Under the pieces are notes generated by a model. The model was not told the DNA's origin. It did not search any database and saw only the letters and a list, made by a program, of their open reading frames with translations. DNA of 64,000 nucleotides from Octopus sinensis (Eukaryota), in the NCBI RefSeq assembly GCF_006345805.1, contig NC_042997.1, positions 158,534,001 to 158,598,000 on the forward strand. The letters are read 5' to 3'. Positions 12,574 through 23,809 of the stretch are shown piece after piece (position 1 is the first letter of the stretch; every line of letters begins with the position of its first letter). Both the position numbers and the translations under genes were made by a program.

Positions 12574-12795
12574 AGGCGGCAAGCTGGCAGAATTGTTAGC
12601 GCAACAGGCAAAAGACTTAGCAGTATTTCGTCCGTCTTTACGCTCTGAGTTCAAATTTCACCGATTCTCAATTTGCTTTTCATCCTTTTGGGGGCGATAA
12701 ATTAAGTGCAGTGAAACATTGTGGGTTAATATAATCGACTAGTCTCTCCCCGCAAAATTTCAGCCTTTGTTTCTTAGTAGAAAGCATTATTATTA
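12574..12795 (+). mobile_element. OR1-like tRNA-derived SINE
   Basis: AGGCGGCAAGCTGGCAGAA..GAGTTCAAATT..TTTGCTTTTCATCCTTT.GGGGGCGATAAA..AATCGACT, with an (ATT)n tail. Family recurs throughout the window. Confidence 0.8.
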
Positions 12796-13247
12796 CTATA
12801 CATTAATATCATGCTTACATTATTTATTCACACACATGAGGCTTTGTGCTATGCGAATATATTTCAACTGCAATTATGTGCATGAAATACATATTGCGTA
12901 ATCAATGAAGAACTATCAAAAGCATAAATATACACATAATGGCCTCCACTAATGCATCAGGCAGGTTTATAATTAATTTATATACTAGCAGATGGGTGCC
13001 CTCAGCTGGGGAGAGAATCCTATTATGATATTCTAGGGAGAGATTACCAAACTGAGGAGATGTTTGTTGGGTTACGCCTCTCTTTTTCCTTGTATAAGAA
13101 GCATCGAAAAAACATATTTACTTTCGTATTTTCCCCACATCGACTTCTCGTAATAAATGCATACATATATATATATATGTATGTGTATGGAAGTGTACAT
13201 ACACATCTATCTATCTATCTACCTATCTATCTAGCTATCTATCTATC

Positions 13248-13283
<36 letters not shown>

Positions 13284-13410
13284 ATATATATATAGATGCA
13301 AAGGAATATGGTACTTAAGTTAGATTCACTAGAATTTTGTATGGTGTTATCCATATAAATCCATGGGGTGATTATAATCAAAATAAGCAAAAAGAACATC
13401 TTCGGTAATT

Positions 13411-13494
13411 TGGTACGATCGTTTCACGCTACATCATTTTATTAAACATTGTAAGTATTACAACAGTTTTAAAATGTTGAGCAATCATCAGCCA
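13411..13494 (-). ncRNA. Type I hammerhead ribozyme with canonical CUGAUGA core and long stem II
   Basis: Reverse complement: TGG-CTGATGA-[TTGCT..CATTTTA..TTGTAA TAC TTACAA..TAAAATG..AGCGT]-GAA-ACGATCGT-A-CCA. Stem III ACGATCGT is palindromic; cleavage triplet GUA. Confidence 0.75.
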
Positions 13495-13603
13495 TTTATA
13501 GATGTTTTCCATTAATACATATTTTCAAATTAATTGATAACAGCCCTCTCTATAATGTTATCAATTAATATGAAAATATGTATTAATGGAAAACCTCTAT
13601 AAA

Positions 13604-13687
13604 TGGCCGATGATTGCTCAGCATTTTAAAACTGTTGTAATACTTACAATGTTTAATAAAATGATGTTGCGTGAAACGATCGTACCA
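13604..13687 (+). ncRNA. Type I hammerhead ribozyme, mirror copy (core CCGAUGA)
   Basis: TGG CCGATGA (13607-13613), long stem II, GAAA at 13673, ACGATCGT, GUA at 13682-13684, CCA. Confidence 0.65.
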
Positions 13688-14549
13688 AATTACCGAAGAT
13701 ATTCTTGTTGCTTATTTTGAGTGCGGATTCAGAATGTTTGTATACTCTGCTAGCTTTCCTTGCATGATCAGTGAAGCTATTAGGAAGCTGAAACTCATCA
13801 ATGGATTATTTTATCCGAGCGTATTTCGGATCTTACGTAACTGTGAGAAATGAATACTATGAAAATTTCATATCTCATTACTAACATTTCATTAAATTTT
13901 ATTCAAGCATACATCCATTATGTCCATTTTGCTCAATACAAAGAAAACAAAAATTATATATTAGTGTGAATGACTTCAATGTTTCTTCTTTTCTCACCTG
14001 TTAAATGATATACATTTTTTTTATATATATTCGAGATCACTTAGTTAACTTACTTTATCTTATAGAATTTGCTTTAGGCTGAAACAAATGATGTAATCTT
14101 CGTTATTTACGCACTTGTTCATCATCGACAACGCCAGTACGATGAGTGAAGTAGATAATCGGTGTTTACTTGGAATATATATCATTTAAGTAAATTAACC
14201 TCGACATATTTCCCTCCCCTGCTTTGTTTTCTTTTCTTCATGCGATCACCCAGAGAACGTTCTCGATGTCTAGGATATCATTGTATAATGCCTAATGACT
14301 GCGAATCGATTAATGGCTTTCATCATCTACTTTATTTCAAAATTAATTTAAAAGCAAAATTGAGAAAAATACATTATGCAAAATGATATATATGCATATA
14401 TACGTACGTACATGCGCACATATATACATAAAAGCATATACACATACATACGTGTTTATGTGTGTATGTACGTATCTATGTATATATGTACTTTGTAAGT
14501 ACAATATATATATATTGGCTAAACTGGCAATATGACCATTCCGAAATAT

Positions 14550-14690
<141 letters not shown>

Positions 14691-15639
14691 AAATATAAGC
14701 TGTCAAAGTGCTATACGCACATACTGTTATACATATAAAATGGTGTGTAAACTTACTTCTATTTAATAGAAAATGAACGGAAGATTAAGTTATAAAAATG
14801 CTTTAAAAGGAATATAATATTTGAAGAGCATGAGTTGGATTTAGCTAAAGAGTGTGACACAACTTAGTATGCATTTTTGACATTACCATCCAACAATGGT
14901 ACTGCAATATTTGGTACGAAGGGGAAGCAACAGGCAATAACATGAACCGTGCGAGATTTTGACCACTCTGTACCAATATTTCTATTGGACTGTTCTAAGT
15001 AATTTAATTACTATCGGTTCTTTAACGTTTGTTACTTATTTTCAATTTCACGTTCCATGTTTTCTAATGAAAGCAGTTCTGTAAGAAGAATATGATTATA
15101 AACTTGCTTCATCCTCTTGAAGATTGCAAGAGATCTGTATTTTGCACAAGTCTTTTATATTTCTAAATTACATTTTTTAAAGAAAGTAGCTAGATATTTC
15201 ATTCAAGGTTTTAATTTTCGTTTAAAAGGAATTCGAAATAGTCCCCACCCCCATCCATTAACTTACCTCATATCTCTGCAGAACTCTTCACATTCAATGA
15301 TATATTTAATCGTGTCGAATGAGCTTAATTATCAGAAAATAAAAGAGGATACAATAAGAACCTGATTTCAACAGCAAATAGAAAGCAACGGTATTCATTT
15401 TGCTCAATAAAATATTACGTATTAAAACAGCACAAAAACCATACGATTATAACGGAGTGTAGCGCTGAATGAAAATACTAGTATTGATCTCAATTTAACA
15501 GTTATGAAACACAAATATGCTGTAGGTGGGATCTGAAGAAACGGCCATCAATAGACTTAAGTATGTGAGTCATATTATTCTGCAATCTGCTGATTCTGCT
15601 ATTCGTCCTTATAAAATAGTGAATTCTAACACAGTCTAA

Positions 15640-15772
15640 TGTTACAAATCTTGGGGGTGAATGCAGTGAATTATAGCGACCCTATTACTTGCAAGATACA
15701 TTATTTTATCCACTCCAGAAAGATTAAAGGCAAATTCAACTGTCAAAGATTTTGAACTCAAGATGTGAAGAA
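15640..15772 (-). mobile_element. Degenerate OR1-like SINE fragment
   Basis: TTATTTTATCCACTCCAGAAAGATTAAAGGCAAATTCAAC..TTTGAACTCA is the reverse complement of the SINE body. Confidence 0.6.
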
Positions 15773-15789
15773 CCTTTAATTAAAAAAAA

Positions 15790-18200
15790 AAAATTCGTGA
15801 GACACTTTGGTAAGAATACCTTCATTGGATTTCTCTGATGAATTAATATTGATACATAAAACAGACACGTAGCGAAAAACATTTCTATAAATAGTCGGTA
15901 TAATTGCTCTGAAATTCCTTAGTATTTGATTGGTATTTATTTTATTAACACTGATTATATCAAAGAGAAACTTCACTGTGACTGGATTCGACCACAAGAC
16001 ATAAAATGGCTTCATGGAACATACAAGATTGTAATGGATCACTTTTGCGTCCGTTATTTTAGAAATTTTGCCTTTATGAGGGTCATTTTTAGTCATTTCG
16101 GTTGTTTGTGGGTTTTAAGGATCTTAAGTGTGTGTAAAATGTCCTTTAATTTGGAATCCTTATGCAACATTGGTAAATTTTAGGTGACAATGGGGAAGGT
16201 TTCTTTGTTTCTGGGGTTGTATGTGGATATGTACGACAGTATTTTCGGGGAAGGTGTGTTGCTGTGTTGAACTTTTCTTAAGGTTTCTATGTCGATATGT
16301 GTTGCAAGTCTGATTCCATCCTCTATGAGATGAACTGGACAGTGGTTGTTAATCGGGGTGTTTTTGAGATCTTACAGTGTAAAGTCTCTGTTATTTTGTC
16401 TGACACTATTGGTCATATCCTTCTTGCAAGGTTCAAGGGGATGTTTGTTTTGGTGCCTTGGGTGGCAGGAATTAATAGTAGATATTGTTTAGCGTCTATG
16501 GTTTTGTAAAATATCTCTGTTTCTATTTTTAGGTTTATTTTATAATTAATATATCCAAGAATCGGAGTTCCTTGTGGTGGTATTCCGTTGTAAACTGTAT
16601 CTTTGGGCTGACGCTGTTCAATAGTCTTTTGAATTTTAGGAGTTAGCCTGTGTTTTCATTCCAGAGAATGAATCAGTCATCTAGGAGTCTTTTCCAATTT
16701 TCTTTTATGTATTGGGAAAGGGGGTTTCCAAAGGTAGATAACGATTTCTGGTAATTATTATTTCCAGATAGCCCATTGTTAGATTCTCAATGACCAGGGC
16801 GACCCTAGTGCCCATGTTATTTCCAGATTTGTGTTGATAAAGCATATTGTCAAACATAAAGTGGTTGTTTCGTAGGATGAATTCAACCGATTCAATTATG
16901 AATTCTTTGCTGATCCTTTCCGGTATTTCTTCCGGATATTGGTTCAGCCAGAACTGAATTGCCTCTAGCCCATAATTATGAGGTATACTGGTATATAAAT
17001 TAATCACATCAAATGAAACCATGATTATTTCTTCCTTGACTTCTTTGGAGGTGATTTAACATGTCCAAGTCATCTCTAATATAGTTATTGATGTGTTTAA
17101 GAAAGGGTTTCAGGAGGATGTTCATAAATAGACTTAGTCTGTGTGCTTCACAGGCTGGGCCAGTTATAATGGGTGGTAATTGTAGGTCCGCTGGGTTTGT
17201 TGCATGTATATACGTCTTCGGTGATTTTTTATGTTTTCATTTATAATCTGACTTTTGTTGAATTTTGGTAGACTGTAGAAAAGGTTAGGTTTGCATTTAA
17301 AGTTTGTTAAATAGTTAATTTCTTTGGTTGTTAGTTCTTTTCCATGGGTTTTAATTAGTGAGGACAAGATTTTCATTATTTTTTGCGGGGTGTGTTTAGT
17401 GATTCTTTCGTAATGTTGACTGTCATTCAGCATAGGGATTAATAGATTTCTATAGTATAATGTGTCTATTACTACCACTGCACTTCCTTTATCTGCTTTC
17501 TTAATCGTTATATCATCTTTATTTTGAAGTTCTGTTAGTTCCTTCCATTGTGTAGTGCTAAACCTTTCCCTAATAGCCCGCTGTCTGTCAGGTTAATTTA
17601 GTATTATTTTGATCTGGAATTTGCGTGGAAGAATAATTGGTGTTGATTTCATCCATCTCTCGTAGATATCTGCTCTGTTGGAATTTTTTATCATATTCCA
17701 GAAAGCTAGTTTTCTATTATGGAAGTTTGTATTCCAGATGTTCTCTACTTTTCTTTTTGTTAGATTGACTTGTAAGTATGACGTCCTGGTGTGTTTCATT
17801 TGATGTGCGTTGGTTGTTCTTCGGTTTGTTTGTGAAGACCGACTTTAGTGTGGTGCATAGAGTGTTTAAATCTTTACTAATCTGTTCCTGTTTTAAACTG
17901 AATTCATTGTAAGTGTCGTGGAGAGAGAGTTGTTCATTGTTGGGTTTGTTAATAAACATTGAGTTGAGAGTTGTGCATAAAAGTTGTAAGCCATTACTAA
18001 CCTGATCTGTGAGATGAGTTGTTTCTTCAATGTTTTTCCTCTCCCGGGCGAGTTGGTTTGAGTTCTCGATTTTGTTATTTATGATAATGAGGTGCGATTT
18101 AATATTTTTGAGTTCTTTAAGTATGTCCTAGTTTGTAATTTTATCTGATGTATTGGTCTTCTGTGGCATTTTCGGTTCCACGTGTTTTAGCATATGGTTG
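15790..18200 (-). pseudogene. Decayed Penelope-like (Neptune-type) ORF: N-terminal domain + RT, 3'-truncated before the GIY-YIG domain
   Basis: ORF fragments VSFDVINLYTSIPHNYGLEAIQFWL..GTRVALVIENLTMGYLE, KKADKGSAVVVIDT and FKCKPNLFYSLPK. Clearly homologous to the young element at 23492-27655. Stops and frameshifts present. Confidence 0.9.
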
Positions 18201-18269
18201 AGGGAGTTGGTATGTGAAAGAACGTCGTTGAATGTACAATAGACAAAAATTAGGTGAAAAAAATTTAAA

Positions 18270-19036
18270 AAGACGTGTTATATGGTTAAAGAATATATTT
18301 AAATTGTTATGCTAGAAAAATGTTATAAAATTTTGTGTATAGTAACATTGTTTTTGGAGAAATAACCGTCATATTTTCTTCTCAAATTTCTCAAATATCT
18401 TTGCCAATACTGTGTCATCTCTTTGCTAGATATCACAGTACGAGAGTTCCAGACAGGGGAAGGTAATCGCTCAGGCGAAGATGCACTCTGCACCGACAGC
18501 AGATTGCATTCCTAGAATACAGAATGATACCCTTTAGTGAACACATTCAGAAATGCGCAAAGCAACTGCTACCACAATTTGTAATCTTTACATTATATCA
18601 ATGTGCCATTGGAACGCCAACACAAGTTCAATTAAATAAGGAAACCTATTTCATTGGAAAATATAAGCCAAAACGTGACCATTTCTAGCATTTTTAAATA
18701 AGGAAACTTACCTCACAGTATAAAAATATAAAGCAAAACCTAGCATTCAATTCTTTCTAAATCAAAACATGTTAAATTAATAAAAGCTAATCATTCCCAA
18801 CATTTTTGATTATCTCTTTTATACCGAAAATATCCCTGATTATCTTACCCTGTCTGGAACTCTCATACTTCATAGCAAAAAGATGACGCAATATCGGTAA
18901 AGAAATTTGAGAAATTTGCAAAGAAAATACGAAACCGAAATTTCTCCAAAAACAATTTTACTATACACAAAATTTTATAACGTTTTTCTAACATAACGAT
19001 TTAAATATATTCTTTAAAACCATATAACACGTCTTC
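18270..19036. mobile_element. Penelope pseudo-LTR (18270-18468, -) plus inverted 3' fragment (GIY-YIG C-terminus 18469-18690 and pLTR 18838-19036, +)
   Basis: 18270-18468 and 18838-19036 are diverged inverted repeats. The intervening + strand encodes LRRRCTLHRQQIAFLEYRMIPFSEHIQKCAKQLLPQF. Both repeats carry degenerate GAGAAAT-TTG(A/C)(G/A)AA..ATTTCTC hammerhead motifs. Confidence 0.85.
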
Positions 19037-19045
19037 TGTAGTTTT

Positions 19046-19400
19046 CACAGGCTTGGCTGTGTGATAAAAAGCTTGCTTCCGAAACACATGATTCCGGGTT
19101 CAGTCCCACTGCGTGGTACCTTGGTTGTGTGTTTCTACTGTAGCCTCTGGTCAACCAAAACCTTGTGAGAGAATTTGATAGACGGAATCTGAAAGAACCC
19201 CATCGAATATGTGTGTGCACGTGCGCGTGTGAGTGCAACTTTGTGTCTTTGTCTCTCACCGCCGTTTGACAATTAATGTTGATGTGTTTACGTTCTCTCA
19301 ACGTAGCGGTTCGGTAAAAGGGTCCATAGAATATGTACTACATTTAGCAAAAATCCTGTAGTTGATCTGTTCGACTTTAAGGCGGTACTCTGAAACGATT
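19046..19400 (+). mobile_element. OK-like SINE, near full length, diverged
   Basis: Matches 21398-21808 along its length. Confidence 0.85.
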
Positions 19401-19441
19401 AAAATATAAAAGAAAAGATTATATACATATATATATATATA

Positions 19442-20290
19442 CAGGGTGCGTAAGTTGTTTGAAGACATATTTATGTTTATAAAAAATACAGATATACAAT
19501 AACAGATAACATTATATATTTTAAAAATGCTGTGAGGATAAAAGTAAAACTTCTTTTCTATAATTTTATTCAATAAAGCTACTTTCAGCATCCGCTTCTA
19601 TATGAGATCTAAATCATCAATATGCTTGAATCAAGTTGTCTCGGTTCATTTTGGACATTACTTTCACTATGACAGCTTTCAAAGAATCTTTGGTGCTATG
19701 GGCGTGTTTATTGAGCTCTCTCTCTGAACAACGCTCCACATGTAATAGTCCAATTGAATGATATCTGGGGAATTAGGAGGCCGAATTTTAGGGGCTATGT
19801 AATCGTGAAAATTTTCAGCCATCCATTCCTCTGTTAATAGAGGCATGTGTGATAGTGCAGAGTCTTACTGAAACACATATATCCTTCCATTACATACACT
19901 GTCTATCCAGGGCTTTACAAGTGTTTCAAGTACCTCAATGTAGGTGAAAAAGTTGACTCGAAGGCCTTGTGGAAAGAAGTAAGGAGGCATCACATGTCCT
20001 TCATTGCTGACAAACCCTAAAACCATGACAGTTGCAGGAAATTTTGTATGCATAGCGCTTGGAACTTCAGAAAGGTCTGCACATAACCATCTGTCATTTC
20101 TTCTGTTAAATATTTGACCTTGGTCGAAGTTTTTCGCGTTTGGAAAAAAACAAATCAAATCTTCCTCTGCAAGATTTTTCAGATTTTTTAAGTACCTTTT
20201 AGATCTGTTGTAGTAATTTTACTTTTGCTTTTTCGGACAAATTGACTTTTCCTCATCATATCAGACTTACATCTGATGTCTTGTGTATAT
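19442..20290 (-). mobile_element. Tc1/mariner (probably DD37D/maT-like) transposon, 3' part with one TIR; transposase pseudogene
   Basis: ORF 19865..20158: NRRNDRWL..KFPATVMVLGFVSNEGHVMPPYFF..VKPWI..YVFQ, followed by PPNSPD-like sequence at ~19760. TA-CAGGGTG terminus at 19440-19448. Confidence 0.8.
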
Positions 20291-20353
20291 CCCACATGGG
20301 TTTTATTTACATGCATTTTTATGTATATTTAGATATATATTTATACTTTTTAA

Positions 20354-20598
20354 TTACGGAGAAGTACTTGCATAGCAATTGATTTGATCTGAGATCGTGT
20401 GCTGAAACGAAAACAATTGCAGCGTGGAAGGTGTTTGTAAGCCATTTAAGAAACACACAAAAGCCGTTCGATTCACTTCAACATTTAAGTTTAATTTGTC
20501 AAAATATTTTCGTCGCTTTAAGACCGCGACCTGTTCACTGCCAAAACTCGGATTTTTGTCAGTGAACAGGTCGCAGTCTTAAAGCGACGAAAATATTT
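20354..20598 (-). mobile_element. Short pLTR-like element with terminal fold-back (hairpin 20502-20598) and G3-C8 hammerhead motif
   Basis: ~45-bp arms with 2 mismatches, spacer CTCGGAT. Motif TTTG(T/G)CA-GTGAACA-G-GTCGC..GCGAC-GAA-AATATT-T-TGACAAA. Confidence 0.7.
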
Positions 20599-20957
20599 AT
20601 GCCGATGTTTATTAATATCTATATACGCATTTTAAGTCGAATTTATGACTGTACAGTATGTTTAAAATGTTGATTGCCTAATTTGAGTTTACATGTTAAT
20701 CCTTATCTTTTGTCTCGTGTTAAACCCGAGTACTTCTTAGGCAGCTCTATATATTTCGTAAGAAAGAGCAATAATATTATATATCTATGTGTGTGTGTGT
20801 GTATACATGTATGTATATAGTGTAACTGTGCGTGTATTTGTGTCTATTATTGTGAATAGTTTAACAGTTTTCACACAAGTATATTTACGATACAAGAAAC
20901 ATTTGAAAACTTGATAAAAATAAACAAAGCATTTTCATTTTTTTTCATCAAAATACG

Positions 20958-21330
20958 ATACGGGTTTCAAACGCCTAAAAGGACAATTTAGTTATGAAGA
21001 TATATAATAGGAAAAATAAATTGAAATAAATTATTTTTTTCATTTGAGTTCTGAGGATCACATGTTTTTTCTATTCAAGAATGACATGGTATTCGTATGT
21101 CGTTTCCCTCTCACTGTAGCTGGTTCGTGGACACACTTCCACTGCTACCTCTACTATCCACCAATAATCAGATGAAACGAAACACCAACATCATATGATT
21201 TTGTAAGAAAAACATGTGATCTTCCAGAACTGATATAATGGAAGTTTACATTAATTTAGGTTTTTTTCATTTTATATATTCTCTTACATCTCTTTGACTA
21301 AATCTTCCTTTTAGGCGATTCAAACCCGTT
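20958..21330. repeat. Old diverged palindrome (~370 bp)
   Basis: ACGGGTTT.AA.CGCCTAAAAGGA..ATTTAGT at 20960 versus its reverse complement at ~21296-21328. AGTTCTG.A.GATCACATGTTTTT at 21047 versus its reverse complement at 21206-21231. Confidence 0.75.
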
Positions 21331-21354
21331 ACATATCTCAATTCATTATTTTTG

Positions 21355-21397
<43 letters not shown>

Positions 21398-21399
<2 letters not shown>

Positions 21400-21808
21400 C
21401 GCAGGAGTGGCTGTATGGTAAGTAGCTTGCTAACCAACCACATGGTTCCGGGTTCAGTCCCACTGCGTGGCATCTTGGGCAAGTGTCTTCTACTATAGCC
21501 CTGGGCCGACCAATGCCTTGTGAGTGGATTTGGTAGACGGAAACTGAAAGAAGCCTGTCGTATATATGTATATATATATATATAAGTGTGTATGTGTTTG
21601 TATGTCTGTGTTTGTCCCCCTAGCATTGCTTGACAACCGATGCTGGTGTGTTTACGTCCCCGTCACTTAGCGGTTCGGCAAAAAGAGACCGATAGAATAA
21701 GTACTGGACTTACAAAGAATAAGTCCCGGGGTTGATTTGCTCGACTAAAGGCGGTGCTCCAGCATGGCCGCAGTCAAATGACTGAAACAAGTAAAAGAGT
21801 AAAGAGTA
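21398..21808 (+). mobile_element. OK-like tRNA-derived SINE, full length, young
   Basis: GGCGCAGGAGTGGCTGTATGGTAAG (A box), GGTTCAGTCCC (B box), CORE-like CTTGGGCAAGTG, internal TA/TG repeats, tail GAAACAAGTAAAAGAGTAAAGAGTA; flanked by (TA)n. Confidence 0.9.
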
Positions 21809-21916
21809 TATATATATTTAAGTACCTTATATATATATATGAGGACAATTAAAAAGGCTAACAGGTGATCAGGCCGAAACTTCGAAGTCACTGTCAACAA
21901 CATTCTTTATAAATAT

Positions 21917-21950
<34 letters not shown>

Positions 21951-22112
21951 GGGAAAGTTTACGAAAAAAACAAAAGACGGAGACAGGTGGTGTACAAAAC
22001 AAACAGCTGTATTAGTATAAGGCTCAGGAATAGAAAAAGTCTTTTACGTTTCGAGCCTACGCTCTTCTACAGAAAGGTACACAGAAACAACAAGGAGAGA
22101 AACAATGAGAGA
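21951..22112 (-). mobile_element. Solo Penelope pLTR-like fragment with minimal hammerhead-like motif (22041-22076)
   Basis: Reverse complement CTTT-CTGTAGA-A-GAGC GTAG GCTC-GAA-ACGT-A-AAAG, followed by a pyrimidine-rich tail ending at (TA)n. Confidence 0.6.
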
Positions 22113-23094
22113 TGTATGTATGTATATATATAGCTACGTGAATGTGTCTTCCTCTTTAGAATAGTGAGATGCGAGTTCAAAAAATATTGACAGCTATAAT
22201 TTGCAGGTAAAGCAATGAATCACAAAAAGGATTGCTTATTGGCTCAAGTAATATGCTTTCATGAATGAATAATAAAATGATCGTGTTTGTTTAAATGTCT
22301 TGTTTTTTTAAACACAATATTTTGTAATTATTGAGGCTTTCTGCATTGCATGCGCTTCTCCAGCTGCAATCCCCTATCCTTTTTCTTGTTTATTATTTCA
22401 ACCTGAAATTCTTATTTTTACCATGTAAATAAGGTGAGATTTGAAGGAGATTCATTTTTACTATACGTACAATAATAAAGAAAACAATAGAATGTGATAC
22501 GAGGGAAATTTAGCAGTTATATCAAGCAAAAAGAGAGACGATGTTGAGGTTCAACATTGCTTACCAGCAGACTGAAAAGAGAGAAACAGTGGATGAACGG
22601 TACCTGATGCAATGACCTAAATATTCGAAAGCTCAGCCTTCACTTACATGGTCAACTATATGAACGATGAAAATTTTCTTTTGCAATCAATTAGACTCCG
22701 AAATCGATCACACCGTGCAGTAATTTGGTCGAAGCGTTTTAACATAACATGTAATACTCTGTGCCCTAAGATAAGCCATGTGAACAAACTACGATAAAAT
22801 ACATTCCAACTATTACTCTCCCTTCTTTTATAATGCACACTGAGCTCGACAGTATATCTTGGTTTCTAGAACTGCATCACATGATAAGAAGGCAGTATTT
22901 CAGCTATTTCTAGGATGAGAGATGATGCTGATATACCTTTGTCTGCTAGTACGGAAATGGTTAAATGGAAGACGTGACAGCCCATCGATGTAATGAATCG
23001 AGGATATAACAGCCCATTCTTGGGCTTCATGTATAGATCCATCCATATGCCCCGGTTTTCGAAAAACTCTGCTCGCGAATAAATCGTGCTATAT

Positions 23095-23137
<43 letters not shown>

Positions 23138-23417
23138 TCACGTAATCTGTGCATGTATCAATATGTGTATCTAAAGGAGTGATTAATAAACCTGCTGCTA
23201 GAACAGCATAAACAAACAAATATTAGCAAAAACCATTGATTCCCACAGGGCGTGTTCGCGTGTTTCTGATGGCTTATGGGTTTTCTCTTTTGTTTGATGA
23301 TTTATGCTTCATATTCACATATACGTACAACATACATACAAGTGTGTGTGTGTGTGTGTGTGTACCTACCTACCTGTCTGCCTGTCTGCCTACCTACCTA
23401 CCTACCTACCTACCTAA

Positions 23418-23458
<41 letters not shown>

Positions 23459-23632
23459 TAAGAAAGTTTGTTTGGTAAAGCACGTGGGTGAATATATAAG
23501 AAAATAGTAAAGTGTGAAAAAACGACAGAAGGCTTAAATGTTAAAAAATATATATATTTGTGTCAAAATGTCTGGAGAATATTGGAAAAATTTTTTTCCT
23601 TTCCTTAAAATGACATAATTTTAAAATTTTTA

Positions 23633-23672
23633 AAGAAATTACCGGTTTCGCGTGTAGCTTTTCAAATTTCTT
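23633..23672 (-). ncRNA. Minimal type I hammerhead (U3-A8 variant), left arm
   Basis: Exact mirror of 27475-27514. Confidence 0.75.
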
Positions 23673-23809
23673 GTGACGTTATGTTTATATTGCATGGAAT
23701 TATCGTTGTTTTTATTTCCAGGAGATTTCTAAATAAGGGGAGGTAGTGAGTGATTTTTTCCGGTGTAGGGGAGATAATCGCTTAAAAAATTTTTTTTCCA
23801 TTTCCTTGT

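Larger units (their letters stand above)
13378..13720. mobile_element. 343-bp palindromic (fold-back) element with a hammerhead motif in each arm
   Basis: 165-bp arms (13378-13542 / 13556-13720) with about 7 mismatches; 13-bp spacer GCCCTCTCTATAA. Confidence 0.9.

Noticed and set aside
11665-12640. Apparent inverted repeat between 11665-11745 and 12562-12640
   Set aside because: Explained by two opposite-orientation copies of a common SINE; the shared flank (TTCAG) is too short to argue for a rearrangement.
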